The notes under the pieces: model-generated
What the model saw: only the letters and a program-made list of their open reading frames with translations
Databases searched by the model: none
What the model was told of the DNA's origin: nothing
Shown: piece by piece, positions 1 to 9,562 of the stretch
Position numbering within the stretch: position 1 is the stretch's first letter
How the letters are laid out: each line of letters opens with the position of its first letter
Made by a program: the position numbers and the translations under genes
Assembly (NCBI GenBank): GCA_030653255.1
Contig: JAURZS010000019.1
Span: forward strand, 1-56,286
Reading direction: 5' to 3'
Length of the DNA: 56,286 bases
DNA from: Burkholderiaceae bacterium
Lineage (GTDB): Bacteria > Pseudomonadota > Gammaproteobacteria > Burkholderiales > Burkholderiaceae_C

Positions 1-1335
1 CGTGATTTCGCGGAACTAATCCACTCATGGACGTCCGATGCGCCGCAGGTGTTGGTGGCCTGCCGCCATCTGCTCATCTAGGGTCTGTCTGGGTCCGTGG
101 CGGGATATTGGAAGGCAGGCCCTTCGATCATGGCGCAGCTCGCGCGGCAGGCGCAGCCGAACGGCGTCGCGCAGGTCATCGGCCACGGCTTTGCGACAGC
201 GCCGGTGCCCGCCGCGCGCGTCAACGGTATGTCCATGCATGTGCTGGACTACGAGCCCATGTGGAGTCCGGCCAATCATTCGCTCTCGCCGATCTTGCCA
301 GCCCTGCTGGCCCAGGCCCAGCAGCTTGAGGCCGACGGCGCCCCGCCGCAGGGCCTGTCGTTGCTACGCGCACTGGCCAAGGGGGTCGAGGTGCAGGGGC
401 GTCTGCGGGTGGCCTCCGGGCAGTTCGAGATGCCGTCCATGACGCTGCATCCACCGGGCCTGGTCGGGCCGCTTGCGGCAGCGGCTGCCAGCGCCACGCT
501 GCTGGGGCTGGATGCGAATCGCCTGGCCTATGCCATGGGCATCGCTGCATCGCGGGTCAGCGGCATCATGGCCAACATCGGCACCATGACCAAGGCGCTG
601 CATTGCGGCGATTCCGCCGCGCATGGGCTGGAGGCCGCGCAGCTTGCCGCTGCCGGTTTCACCGCCGATGTAGACGCACTGGGCGCCACGCGTGGCTATG
701 CCGCGACTTATTTCGGCGCGCGCTTCGATCCCAGCGCCTTACTGGTTCCCCTTCATACGCCGAGGGTGCTGTCGCCCGGGCCGGCCTGGAAGCTGTTCCC
801 CTCGCAGTACCCGACACATTTCGCGATCACCGCCGCGCTGCAACTGGATGCCCGGTGCCGTGTGGTCGATGACATCGCGCAGATCCGCGTTCTCACTCCG
901 GTGTTGCCCTATACCGACAGGCCATCGCCGCGCAGCGGCCTGGACGGAAAATTTTCCTTCCAGTATTGCATTGCGGCTGCCTTGCTGGATGCGAAGATCG
1001 GCATCCCGACTTTCACCGACGCGCGGCGCTTCGCGCCAGATATGGTTGCGTTGCTGCCGCGCATTACCCTGCGGCAGACCGAAGACATACCGGGTACCTT
1101 CGACCGCATGCGGGTGGAGATCGAGGTCGAGATGCGCGATGGCTGCGTCTTCCGATCGGTGTGCGAGTCTCCCGTGGGCAGCTGGTCGAACCCGGCGCCT
1201 GCCCAGCGGCTGGAGGACAAGGCGCGCGACCTTCTGGGCAGTGTGCTGGACGCGCGGGCGCACGAAGACTTCTGGCGCCTCGTCGGCACGCCGCAGACCA
1301 TGGGCGTGTCCGGGTTGATGCAACTGCTGCGCTGA
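1..1335 (+). pseudogene. MmgE/PrpD-family (2-methylcitrate dehydratase-like) gene, 5' end off-window, with in-frame TAG at 79-81
   Basis: Frame 1 from base 1 reads RDFAELIHSWTSDAPQVLVACRHLLI, then TAG (79-81), then GLSGSVAGYWKAG..., running straight into the 97..1335 ORF (412 aa from GTG 97). The pre-stop peptide looks like the usual PrpD-family N-terminal helix, so the gene appears interrupted. A sequencing error or a restart at GTG 97 are alternatives. Confidence 0.6.
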
Positions 1336-1404
1336 GCGCCGCCGCTGCGGCTGTCCCTTGCCTGGGGGACATCCGGCCCGTTGCCACGCATTTATAGTCC
1401 AGGC

Positions 1405-2403
1405 ATGAAAGCCATCGCCATCCATCGCAACGGAGGACCCGAGGTCCTCGAAATGATCGACATCGAACTGCCCCCGCCGGGCCCGGCCCAGGTGCGCGTG
1501 CGCCATACCGCCATCGGCCTGAACTTCTCTGACATCAACGTTCGCAATGGCGGCTTCTATTTGGGGTCCGGCCCGCAGTTTCCGGTGATCCTGGGCAATG
1601 AAGCCGCTGGCGTGGTGCAGGCCGTGGGCAGCGAAGTCCAGGGCTTCAAGGCCGGCGACCGCGTCGCCTACGCGGGCACGGGGGGGCTCTTCTTTGTCGA
1701 CACCGGCGCCTACGCCGAGCAGCGCAATTTGCCTGCCTCCTGTCTGGTGAAGCTGCCCGACGACATCAGCGACCGGCAGGCCGCGGCGCTGCTGCTCAAG
1801 GGCCTCACGGCCTCGGTGATCATTCACCGCTGCTACCGCCCGCAGCCGGGCGATGTGATCCTGGTCCATGCGGCGGCCAGCGGCGTGGGCAGCCTGCTGG
1901 CGCAATGGGCCAGCCATCTGGGCGCGACCGTGATCGGCACCGTGGGCACGCAGGCCAAGGCCGAATTCGCGCAAGCCCATGGCTGCAGGCACACGGTGCT
2001 GTACCGCTCCGAGGATTTTGTGGCCGCCACCCGGCGCATTGCGCCGCAGGGCGTGGCGGCCGTCTTCGATGGCGTGGGCAAGGACACTTTCATTGCGTCC
2101 TTCGACTGCGTGCGGCCTTTCGGCGCGGTCGTCAACTACGGCAATGCCTCGGGCAATGTGCCGCCTTTCAACCTGATGTTGTTGGCGCAAAAGGGCTGTC
2201 TGGCCCTGCACCGACCAGGCTTCGGCTTTCATGCAGTCACGCCAGAGACGCGGGCCGAGGCCTGCGGCGAGCTGTTCGAACTGGTGCGCAGTGGCGCGAT
2301 CAAGCTGGAGGTCAGCCGGACGTATGCGCTGAAGGACGTCGCGCAGGCGCATGCTGAGGCAGAGCAGGGGCGCAGCACGGGTTCGGTGCTGCTGATTCCC
2401 TGA
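1405..2403 (+). CDS. qor: NADPH:quinone oxidoreductase / zinc-type alcohol dehydrogenase family
   Basis: MKAIAIHRNGGPEVLE... N-terminus and AAASGVGS nucleotide-binding motif typical of the MDR/Qor family. ATG 1405 chosen inside the 1381..2403 ORF. Confidence 0.8.
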   Translation: MKAIAIHRNGGPEVLEMIDIELPPPGPAQVRVRHTAIGLNFSDINVRNGGFYLGSGPQFPVILGNEAAGVVQAVGSEVQGFKAGDRVAYAGTGGLFFVDTGAYAEQRNLPASCLVKLPDDISDRQAAALLLKGLTASVIIHRCYRPQPGDVILVHAAASGVGSLLAQWASHLGATVIGTVGTQAKAEFAQAHGCRHTVLYRSEDFVAATRRIAPQGVAAVFDGVGKDTFIASFDCVRPFGAVVNYGNASGNVPPFNLMLLAQKGCLALHRPGFGFHAVTPETRAEACGELFELVRSGAIKLEVSRTYALKDVAQAHAEAEQGRSTGSVLLIP

Positions 2404-2448
2404 GGCGCAGGTCGCACGGCTGCGCGACGGGGTTTCTATACTCCTGTC

Positions 2449-3198
2449 ATGCAACTGCAGGACATTCTTTACTCCCAGGGCTTCGGCACGCGACGCATCT
2501 GTGCCGGCCTGATCCAGCAGGGGCTGGTTTCGATCGCAGAGAGCACCCCGACCGATGCCGCCCTCGACGTCGATCCGCAGGGACTGCGCTTTCGCGTGCA
2601 GGGCGTTGAATGGGAATACCATGCGCCGGCCTATCTGATGCTGCACAAGCCCGCGGGCACCGAGTGCTCGCAGAAGCCATCGACCTATCCCAGCATCTAT
2701 ACCTTGCTGTCCGCGCCGCTGCGCCAGCGGCCGCAGAAAGGCGCTGTGCAGGGCGTGCAGGCCGTCGGGCGGCTGGACCAGGACACGACCGGGCTGCTGC
2801 TGCTCACCGACGATGGCAAGTTCATCCATCGGCTGAACTCCCCCAGGCACCATGTGCCCAAGGTGTATGAGGTCACGACCCGGCACCCGATCGACGAAAC
2901 CCAGGTCCGACGGCTGCTGCAAGGAGTGGTCCTCGACGACGACCCGCAGCCTGTGCGCGCCGCTGCCTGCGAGGCTGTGCAGCCGCACCATTTGCGGCTG
3001 ACGCTGACCGAAGGCAAGTACCACCAGGTCAAGCGCATGCTGTCCGCCGTGGGCAACCGGGTCGAAGGCCTGCACCGTTCACGCATCGGCAGTCTGGAAC
3101 TTCCCGCCGATCTGTTGCCCGGGCAATGGCGCTGGCTGACCCCGACGCAGGTCGATGCGCTGCGCGGTTCGGGGGAGGGCGCGGCTGGTGCAAAATGA
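2449..3198 (+). CDS. RsuA/RluB-family rRNA pseudouridine synthase with N-terminal S4-like domain
   Basis: GRLDQDTTGLLLLTDDG catalytic-Asp motif and KVYEV / GKYHQVKRM motifs of the RsuA family. Confidence 0.85.
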   Translation: MQLQDILYSQGFGTRRICAGLIQQGLVSIAESTPTDAALDVDPQGLRFRVQGVEWEYHAPAYLMLHKPAGTECSQKPSTYPSIYTLLSAPLRQRPQKGAVQGVQAVGRLDQDTTGLLLLTDDGKFIHRLNSPRHHVPKVYEVTTRHPIDETQVRRLLQGVVLDDDPQPVRAAACEAVQPHHLRLTLTEGKYHQVKRMLSAVGNRVEGLHRSRIGSLELPADLLPGQWRWLTPTQVDALRGSGEGAAGAK

Positions 3199-3228
3199 AT
3201 GCGTTGAGACAAGAACAGAGGTCGACCG

Positions 3229-3570
3229 ATGAATACAGGTGCTGGCGACAATTCCGACAATGTGAACGATCTGGTCGCCGAACTGGGCCGGCTCGGTTAC
3301 CTGGAAGAGGGGAATACGGGCCGGCTGCTGGGCGTCGTCATGGCGCTGGCAGGCGAGGTTTTCGTGGTGCGTGCGCAGCAGGAGCGGTTGATGCGGGCCT
3401 TGCAGGAGCGCGGCGCCGTCGACGCGGCCCTGCTCGATGCGGTGGGTGCCAGCGCCGGCATGCGCCAGTGGCTGGAGCAGGAGGAAAAGACCTTTGGACG
3501 ATCCTTGCTGCAACCTTTCCTCGATCCCGACATCACGGTCAACGCGACCCATCACATGCGCTCGGTCTGA
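3229..3570 (+). CDS. hypothetical small acidic protein
   Basis: 113-aa ORF with GAGG about 8 nt upstream of the ATG and GC-rich codon usage like its neighbours. I recognise no family. Confidence 0.5.
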   Translation: MNTGAGDNSDNVNDLVAELGRLGYLEEGNTGRLLGVVMALAGEVFVVRAQQERLMRALQERGAVDAALLDAVGASAGMRQWLEQEEKTFGRSLLQPFLDPDITVNATHHMRSV

Positions 3571-3586
3571 AACCAGGAGTCTGTCC

Positions 3587-4699
3587 ATGAGTGCCCAGCC
3601 ACAATCAACCCAGCCTGCCACGCTGCCCTTGCCGGTCCAGAGCCAGTTCGAGCCCAGCGTCTATCAGTCCTTCATCCGTTCGCTGCGCAATTTCTGGCGC
3701 GAGGAAACCTACCAGCGCTCGGTCAAGACTGCCAGCGAGCTCGGGGCCGTCGATCCGGCTACGATGGAGCGGCGCATGCGCGAAACCATCGAATACCAAC
3801 TCTATGCCTGGCTCGAGCGCCACTCGCAGCAGTTCAAGTACTACCACCGCCATGGCGTGATTCCGACGGTGCGCGCCAGGCAGACTGAATTGCAGCAAAG
3901 CCTTGACGCGGCGCGTGCGCGGTCTCCCGAGCGCCTGCGCCTGGACCCGGGCTTCAAGGTGCCCGACTACGTGCGCGAGGTCGACATCCATCAGCATGCG
4001 CAAGGCACCTGGAGCGACCCGACGGACGGCGTCGCCTACGAATGCGCGACCACCGGATTCTCGTTCTCCCTGCTGAACGCCGATCTGCCGATGACCATCT
4101 ATGCCGAAACTGCGCGCCGCCTACTGGGGGCGCCCGCCCGCCCCGGGCGACTGCTTGATCTGGGATGCACCATTGGCGGCGCCACGCGCGCGCTCAAGCG
4201 TGCATTCCCCGGCGCCGAGGTGTTCGGCTGCGATGTCAGCGCGCCGGCGCTGACGCTTGCGCACTTGCGCGCAATGGAGCAAGGTCTCGACATCACCTGG
4301 ATCCAGGCGGCGGCAGAATCCCTGCCATTCGACGATGGCTCAGTGGACCTGATCGGCTCGCACTGGCTGTTCCATGAGATGACCCCCGCTGCCATCCGTG
4401 AAAGCCTGCGCGAGGCCTGGCGCACGCTGCGCCCCGGCGGTGCGATCATGGTCCAGGACATGTACCTTACCCCCGGCGGCGAAGTCGGCAGATGGCTGGC
4501 GGCCGGCTATGCGGCCCGCAACAACGAGCCCTTCGCCTACTCCTATGCCAATATGGACATGCCGGCCGAACTGCAGGCTGTGGGATTCACCGATGTGGAC
4601 ATGGGCATCTCCTATCCGCCAGCTGCGGCCGACGGCTCACTGCCGGCGGCGCGCACGCATTATGTGACCATGGTCACTGCGCGAAAGCCCGGGCACTGA
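3587..4699 (+). CDS. class I SAM-dependent methyltransferase with about 190-aa N-terminal extension
   Basis: ATG 3587 preceded by AGGAG (3574-3578). LLDLGCTIGG motif I and PGGAIMV post-motif typical of Methyltransf_11/25-type enzymes. The N-terminal half is not recognisable to me. Confidence 0.75.
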   Translation: MSAQPQSTQPATLPLPVQSQFEPSVYQSFIRSLRNFWREETYQRSVKTASELGAVDPATMERRMRETIEYQLYAWLERHSQQFKYYHRHGVIPTVRARQTELQQSLDAARARSPERLRLDPGFKVPDYVREVDIHQHAQGTWSDPTDGVAYECATTGFSFSLLNADLPMTIYAETARRLLGAPARPGRLLDLGCTIGGATRALKRAFPGAEVFGCDVSAPALTLAHLRAMEQGLDITWIQAAAESLPFDDGSVDLIGSHWLFHEMTPAAIRESLREAWRTLRPGGAIMVQDMYLTPGGEVGRWLAAGYAARNNEPFAYSYANMDMPAELQAVGFTDVDMGISYPPAAADGSLPAARTHYVTMVTARKPGH

Positions 4700-4771
4700 A
4701 GCATCACGCAAGCCCCCCGGCGGGGGTGACGGGCGGATACACTTGCAGGCTGTCCTACAGATTGCCTATTC

Positions 4772-5758
4772 GTGAATCTACTTCTGCGTACCGCGGTGAT
4801 CCTGTCCGCTTTTCAGCTTGCCCTGACACCACTTGCGTCCCGGGCCCAGACCGCGCCACCGATCTTCGTTCTCAACTCGCAGGACGCCAACGTCAGTGTT
4901 CTTGAAGGCGGTACCTACCGCGAGATCCGGCGCATTCCTACAGGCAAGGAGCCGCATCACCTGTACCTGACGCCGGACGAAAAATCCGTGATCATCGCCA
5001 ATGCATCCGCCGACAGTCTGACTTTCGTCGACCCTCGCACGGCCGAGGTCCAGCGTACGGTGCGCGGTATCGTTGATCCCTACCATCTGCGCTTCTCGCC
5101 GGACATGAAGTGGTTCGTGACGGCCGCCAACCGGCTCAACCACGTCGACATCTATCGCTGGGACGGCAAGGAGCCGTCGTTGGCCAAGCGTGTGGCCACC
5201 GGGCGCACGCCCAGCCACATCTGGATCGACAGCAAGAGCACGACCGCTTTCGTGACCATGCAGGACAGCGACGAGCTGGTGGCGATCGATCTTGCGACCC
5301 AGGCTCTCAAGTGGCGTATCAAGGTCGGCCCCATGCCGGCCGATGTCTATGGCACGGCCGATGACCGGATGCTGCTGGTCGCCCTGACCGGCGGCGATGG
5401 TGTCCAGGTCTTTGACGTGAGCGGCAAGGTCCCCATGCTGACCAAGACCTTCAAGACCGGCAAGGGTGCCCATGCCTTTCGGGCGGCAGGCGACAAACGC
5501 CACGTCTACCTGAGCAACCGCGTGGCCAACACCATCAGCCGCATCGATCTGCAGACCCTGGAGGTCGTGGGCGAACTGAGCGCCCCGGGGGGGCCGGATT
5601 GCATCGAGGTGTCGGCCGATGGCAAGACGCTGATGGTGACCTCGCGCTGGGCGCGCAAGCTCACAGTGATCGACATCGCCACGAAGAAAATTTCCAAACA
5701 GATCAATGTCGGAAGGTCGCCGCATGGAGTCTGGACGCTCGATCACGCGCCGCGCTAG
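4772..5758 (+). CDS. secreted YVTN/YncE-like beta-propeller repeat protein
   Basis: GTG start, signal peptide MNLLLRTAVILSAFQLALTPLASRAQT, and repeated (G)xxPHxxxxxPDGK-like blades (GKEPHHLYLTPDEK, GRTPSHIWIDSK, GRSPHGVW). Ends in TAG. Confidence 0.75.
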   Translation: MNLLLRTAVILSAFQLALTPLASRAQTAPPIFVLNSQDANVSVLEGGTYREIRRIPTGKEPHHLYLTPDEKSVIIANASADSLTFVDPRTAEVQRTVRGIVDPYHLRFSPDMKWFVTAANRLNHVDIYRWDGKEPSLAKRVATGRTPSHIWIDSKSTTAFVTMQDSDELVAIDLATQALKWRIKVGPMPADVYGTADDRMLLVALTGGDGVQVFDVSGKVPMLTKTFKTGKGAHAFRAAGDKRHVYLSNRVANTISRIDLQTLEVVGELSAPGGPDCIEVSADGKTLMVTSRWARKLTVIDIATKKISKQINVGRSPHGVWTLDHAPR

Positions 5759-6542
5759 GTGCCGGGCCGCAGTGGCCGCACTGTGCGCGCTGGCTGTGGC
5801 AGCCGGCGGCGCACAGGCGGCGCCCTGCGACAAGCCGCTGTACCTGACCTTCGACACCGGCCACATGGAGGTCGCGCCATTGATTGCCGAGGTGCTCGCA
5901 CGCCGGCAGGTGCAGGTCACCTTCTTTGCCGCCAACGAGCTGACCCGCACGGGCGACGGCAGCCTGGGCGCGTACTGGGCCGGGTGGTGGAAGGCACGCG
6001 CCGCAGAAGGCCACGAGTTTGCATCGCACACCTGGGACCATGCCTACTGGCGTGCCGATCTGCCCGGACAGCCTGTGCGCTTTCGCATACGACCTTCCGC
6101 TGGACCCAATGCTGGCAAGGAAACAGTCTGGACCGCACAACAGTACTGCGAAGAGCTGCGCCGACCCTCGCAGCGCCTGGACCACATCACTGGACGCAAG
6201 TCGCTGCCTTTGTTCCGAGCCCCCGGGGGCAAGACCTCGCCGCAGCTGCTGGCAGCGGCCAAGGCTTGCGGCTATGCCCATGTGGGCTGGTCGCCGGCAG
6301 GCTTTCTCGGCGACGAATTGCCCAGCGAGCGCTTCAGCAACCAGACCCTGCTGGGCAAGGCGCTGCGCGATGTCCGCTCCGGCGACATTTTGATGGCCCA
6401 TCTGGGCATCTGGTCGCGCAAAGACCCCTGGGCGCCCGCCGTGCTGGAGCCGCTGATCGCGGGCCTGCAGCAAAAGGGATTTTGTTTCCGAACCTTGCGC
6501 GAACACCCGGACTATGCGGGCTGGATCGCCCGCTCGCGCTGA
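5706..6542 (+). CDS. polysaccharide deacetylase (NodB homology) family protein, probably exported
   Basis: LTFDTGH and HTWDH metal-binding motifs. The N-terminus TRRARCRAAVAALCALAVAAGGAQA looks like a signal peptide, possibly Tat-type. The start (5706 or 5724) overlaps the upstream gene. Confidence 0.75.
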   Translation: MSEGRRMESGRSITRRARCRAAVAALCALAVAAGGAQAAPCDKPLYLTFDTGHMEVAPLIAEVLARRQVQVTFFAANELTRTGDGSLGAYWAGWWKARAAEGHEFASHTWDHAYWRADLPGQPVRFRIRPSAGPNAGKETVWTAQQYCEELRRPSQRLDHITGRKSLPLFRAPGGKTSPQLLAAAKACGYAHVGWSPAGFLGDELPSERFSNQTLLGKALRDVRSGDILMAHLGIWSRKDPWAPAVLEPLIAGLQQKGFCFRTLREHPDYAGWIARSR

Positions 6543-6554
6543 AGGCCCGCATCC

Positions 6555-7538
6555 ATGGACTGGTTTTCCGATCTCTTCGCGCTTGCGCAACAGTGGCTAT
6601 TTGAAGCCGCCGTGCAGCCGCTGGTTTTTTCTCTGGGACTGGGCGGGCTGGTCGAGGATGCCTTTGCGGCCACCGGCTGGCTGCTGGTGGGGCTGCTGCA
6701 GATTGCAGTGCTGGTCTTGCTGATCGGGCCGCTGCAGCGCTGGCGCCCGGTGGAGGCGGTCACGGACCGCGCCACCGTGCGCACCGACATCCTCTACACG
6801 CTGATCCATCGCCTGGGCCTGTTCCGCCTGGCCTTGTATTTTTCGCTGACGCCGCTGCTCGCTGAAGTCTTCGGCCTGCTGCGCGTGCAAGGTCTGCAGA
6901 CCTTTCATCTGGATGCCCTGTGGCCCGGCGTGACCGACCAGGCCGTGGTCAGCCTGTTGCTGTACCTGGTGGTATTTGACTTTGTGGACTACTGGATCCA
7001 TCGTGCGCAGCACCGGTCCGACTGGTGGTGGCGCCTGCATTCGCTGCACCATTCGCAGCGTCAGATGACCATGTGGAGCGACAACCGCAACCACCTGCTC
7101 GACGACCTGCTGCGCGATGTGATCATCGTCGTGGTGGCGCAGCTCATCGGCATTGCCCCCGGTCAGTTCATCGCAGTCGTCGCGCTGACGCAACTCAGCG
7201 AGAGCCTCCAGCATGCCAATCTGCGGCTGTGGTTCGGCCCGTTCGGCGAGCGGCTGTGGATCAGCCCGCGTTTCCACCGCTTGCACCACAGCATCGGCAT
7301 CGGGCATGAGACCTCGGCTCAGGGGCCATTCCTGGTCCAGGGCCGCAGCCCGGCGTTGGGCGGCCACAACTTCGGCGTGCTGCTGCCCTGGTGGGACATG
7401 CTGTTCGGCACGGCAAACTTCGAGCAGCGCTACGACCCCACGGGCGTGCGCGACCAGGTCGAGCAGGGACGCGACTACGGCCACGGCTTCTGGGCGCAGC
7501 AATGGCTGGGTGTCAGGCGCCTGTTCGGGCGTGCTTGA
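6555..7538 (+). CDS. sterol desaturase / fatty acid hydroxylase superfamily membrane protein
   Basis: Histidine boxes HRAQH, HSLHHS and HRLHH within a multi-TM protein. Confidence 0.8.
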   Translation: MDWFSDLFALAQQWLFEAAVQPLVFSLGLGGLVEDAFAATGWLLVGLLQIAVLVLLIGPLQRWRPVEAVTDRATVRTDILYTLIHRLGLFRLALYFSLTPLLAEVFGLLRVQGLQTFHLDALWPGVTDQAVVSLLLYLVVFDFVDYWIHRAQHRSDWWWRLHSLHHSQRQMTMWSDNRNHLLDDLLRDVIIVVVAQLIGIAPGQFIAVVALTQLSESLQHANLRLWFGPFGERLWISPRFHRLHHSIGIGHETSAQGPFLVQGRSPALGGHNFGVLLPWWDMLFGTANFEQRYDPTGVRDQVEQGRDYGHGFWAQQWLGVRRLFGRA

Positions 7539-7595
7539 ACGTCGCCCGCTGGAGCCGGCGCGACATTGATCCGGAGGCTGGAGTATTCTTCGCCC

Positions 7596-8522
7596 ATGGG
7601 TTTGCTTCTCGACTCCTTCTGGCGTGCCGCCGCCTACTGCCTGCATCCGCGTGTGATCGCGCTGTCGATCCTGCCGCTCTTGCTGATGGTGGTGCTTGCG
7701 CTGGGACTCGGTTATTTCCTCTGGACCCCGGCGCTGGACTGGGTGGCGTCCATGCTCGAAGCGTCGACCCTGCTGAACCGCTTGTGGGACTGGCTGCAGT
7801 CCACCGGCATGGGCCGCCTGAAGACGGTGGTGGCACCGCTCGTTCTGGTCTTTGCCATTACGCCACTGATCGTGATTCTGTCGCTGCTGGCGGTGGCCCT
7901 GCTGATGACGCCGGCGCTGGTGTCTTTGGTGGCCGAGCGCCGCTTCCCGCAGCTGCAGCGCAAGAAGGGCGGCTCGCTGCTGGTGAGTCTGTTCTGGTCG
8001 CTGGGCTCCACGTTGATGGCCCTGGCGGCGCTGATCGTCACCGTGCCGCTATGGCTGGTGCCCCCGCTGATCCTGGTTCTGCCGCCGCTGATCTGGGGCT
8101 GGCTGACCTACCGCGTCATCTGTTTCGATGCCCTGGCCGACCATGCCAGCAAAGAGGAGCGGCGTGAGGTCCTGCGCCGGCATCGGGGCTGGCTGCTGGG
8201 CATGGGCCTGCTCTGCGGCTATCTGGGCGCCGCGCCGAGCCTGCTGTGGGCGTCCAGCGCCTTGTTCGCAGTGGCCTTCGTGATCCTGGCGCCGCTGGCG
8301 ATCTGGATCTACACCCTGGTCTTCGCTTTTTCTTCGCTGTGGTTTACCCACTACTGCCTGTATGCCCTGGAGCAACTTCGCCGCGAAACCGGTGGCGAGA
8401 TCGTCGATATACAGGCCAATAACCCCGACTCCCCGGCAGCGCGGTCTCCCGCTGCCGGGTTGCCACTCACACCCCCAGGATTGCCGGATGAATCCAAAGC
8501 CCTCGGACTCCCCCCTGCGTGA
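7596..8522 (+). CDS. EI24/CysZ-like integral membrane protein
   Basis: Multi-TM ORF with N-terminus MGLLLDSFWRAAAYCLHPRV, typical of EI24-domain proteins. The start is uncertain (TTG 7566 is an alternative). Confidence 0.6.
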   Translation: MGLLLDSFWRAAAYCLHPRVIALSILPLLLMVVLALGLGYFLWTPALDWVASMLEASTLLNRLWDWLQSTGMGRLKTVVAPLVLVFAITPLIVILSLLAVALLMTPALVSLVAERRFPQLQRKKGGSLLVSLFWSLGSTLMALAALIVTVPLWLVPPLILVLPPLIWGWLTYRVICFDALADHASKEERREVLRRHRGWLLGMGLLCGYLGAAPSLLWASSALFAVAFVILAPLAIWIYTLVFAFSSLWFTHYCLYALEQLRRETGGEIVDIQANNPDSPAARSPAAGLPLTPPGLPDESKALGLPPA

Positions 8523-9348
8523 GGCCGGCGAATCGCCACTGTCGGTCGGCCTGATCATCATCGGCGACGAAATCCTGTCGGGCAAGCGGGCCGACAAGCA
8601 CCTGCCCCATGTCATCGAATCACTGAATGCGCGGGGCCTGCAGCTCGCCTACGCCGACTATGTGGGCGACTCGCCCCAGCGCATCGTCGCTGTTCTGCGC
8701 CGGGCCTTTGCGTCGGCGGATCTGGTGTTCTCCTGCGGCGGCATAGGCGCCACGCCCGACGACCATACCCGCCAATGTGCAGCCCTGGCCCTGGGCCGTC
8801 CCCTGGAGCTGCATCCGCAGGCCCGCGAGCTGCTGCTCGAACGCATGCGGGACTTGGCACGCGAGGAGGGGCGGACTTTCGATCCCGAGCGCGCCGACAA
8901 CGTCAACCGCCTCAACATGGGGATGTTTCCGCAAGGCTGCGACATCATTCCGAATCCCTACAACAAGGTTCCGGGTTTCAGTTGCCAGGGGGCGGGTGGT
9001 GGGACGGTGTACTTCGTGCCGGGTTTCCCCGTCATGGCCTGGCCGATGATCGACTGGGTGCTCGATACGCATTACGCAGCCCATTTCCGACGCGCTGCCT
9101 ATGCCGAAAAATCGGTGATCGTCTTTGGCGCCATGGAGGCGGCGCTGACGCCCCTGATGGAGTCCATCGAGCAGGCGTATCCGATGGTCAAGGTTTTCAG
9201 CCTGCCCAGCGTGGACCATCCTCAGCACGGACGCCACATCGAACTGGGCGTCAAGGGCGCGCCGCTGGACGTCAGCGCCGCCTACCAGGCACTGCAGGCA
9301 GGATTGAGGGCCAAAGGAGCGCAGCTAGGCCCTGAATTGGTGCGCTAA
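8488..9348 (+). CDS. CinA-like molybdopterin-binding (MoCF_biosynth) domain protein
   Basis: [18 protein letters not shown] and [11 protein letters not shown] motifs. ATG 8488 lies inside the longer 8362..9348 ORF and overlaps the end of the upstream gene. Confidence 0.75.
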   Translation: MNPKPSDSPLREAGESPLSVGLIIIGDEILSGKRADKHLPHVIESLNARGLQLAYADYVGDSPQRIVAVLRRAFASADLVFSCGGIGATPDDHTRQCAALALGRPLELHPQARELLLERMRDLAREEGRTFDPERADNVNRLNMGMFPQGCDIIPNPYNKVPGFSCQGAGGGTVYFVPGFPVMAWPMIDWVLDTHYAAHFRRAAYAEKSVIVFGAMEAALTPLMESIEQAYPMVKVFSLPSVDHPQHGRHIELGVKGAPLDVSAAYQALQAGLRAKGAQLGPELVR

Positions 9349-9495
9349 TTTGACATCCCCAATTTGGGGCGCACAAATGGTTCGTATTGGTGCATCAACG
9401 GATGCCGAGCCGGGAAATTTTGTGCAGTCCCGGCGGCTTGCGACCCCCATGTCGAGGCAAAATGCCGGGTCCGGTCCAGGGCTTGCACCAGCTTT

Positions 9496-9511
9496 TGGCA
9501 CAGAAACTGCA
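9496..9511 (+). promoter_or_regulatory. sigma-54 (-24/-12) promoter of glnA
   Basis: TGGCAC-AGAAA-CTGCA. GG and GC are separated by exactly 10 nt, and the element sits about 50 nt upstream of the glnA ATG. This fits the TGGCAC-N5-TTGCA consensus. Confidence 0.8.
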
Positions 9512-9562
9512 TTCCCTGCGCATCCGCTACTTTTTTACCACCGATCGAAACAGGAGAACCTG

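Noticed and set aside
739-3075. Very long antisense or out-of-frame ORFs. Examples: 739..3075(-) 778 aa, 12667..14160(-), 16924..18261(-), 19221..20933(-), 31106..32266(+), 43359..44633(-), 45607..48105(-) 832 aa, 49457..51298(+) 613 aa.
   Set aside because: They lie opposite or out of frame to genes with unmistakable conserved protein motifs (rsuA, ntrC, ccoI, ccoN, dnaE, tolQRA and others). They have Arg/Ala/Gly/Pro-dominated low-complexity translations and are the expected stop-poor shadow frames of high-GC DNA.
9338-9394. Candidate NtrC enhancer half-sites (GGTGCGC...GCGCAC...TGGTGCA) and a CCCCAA-t-TTGGGG palindrome upstream of the glnA sigma-54 promoter.
   Set aside because: Half-site spacing does not match the canonical TGCACC-N5-GGTGCA dyad. 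They are plausible NtrC sites, but I cannot define them confidently without a PWM scan.
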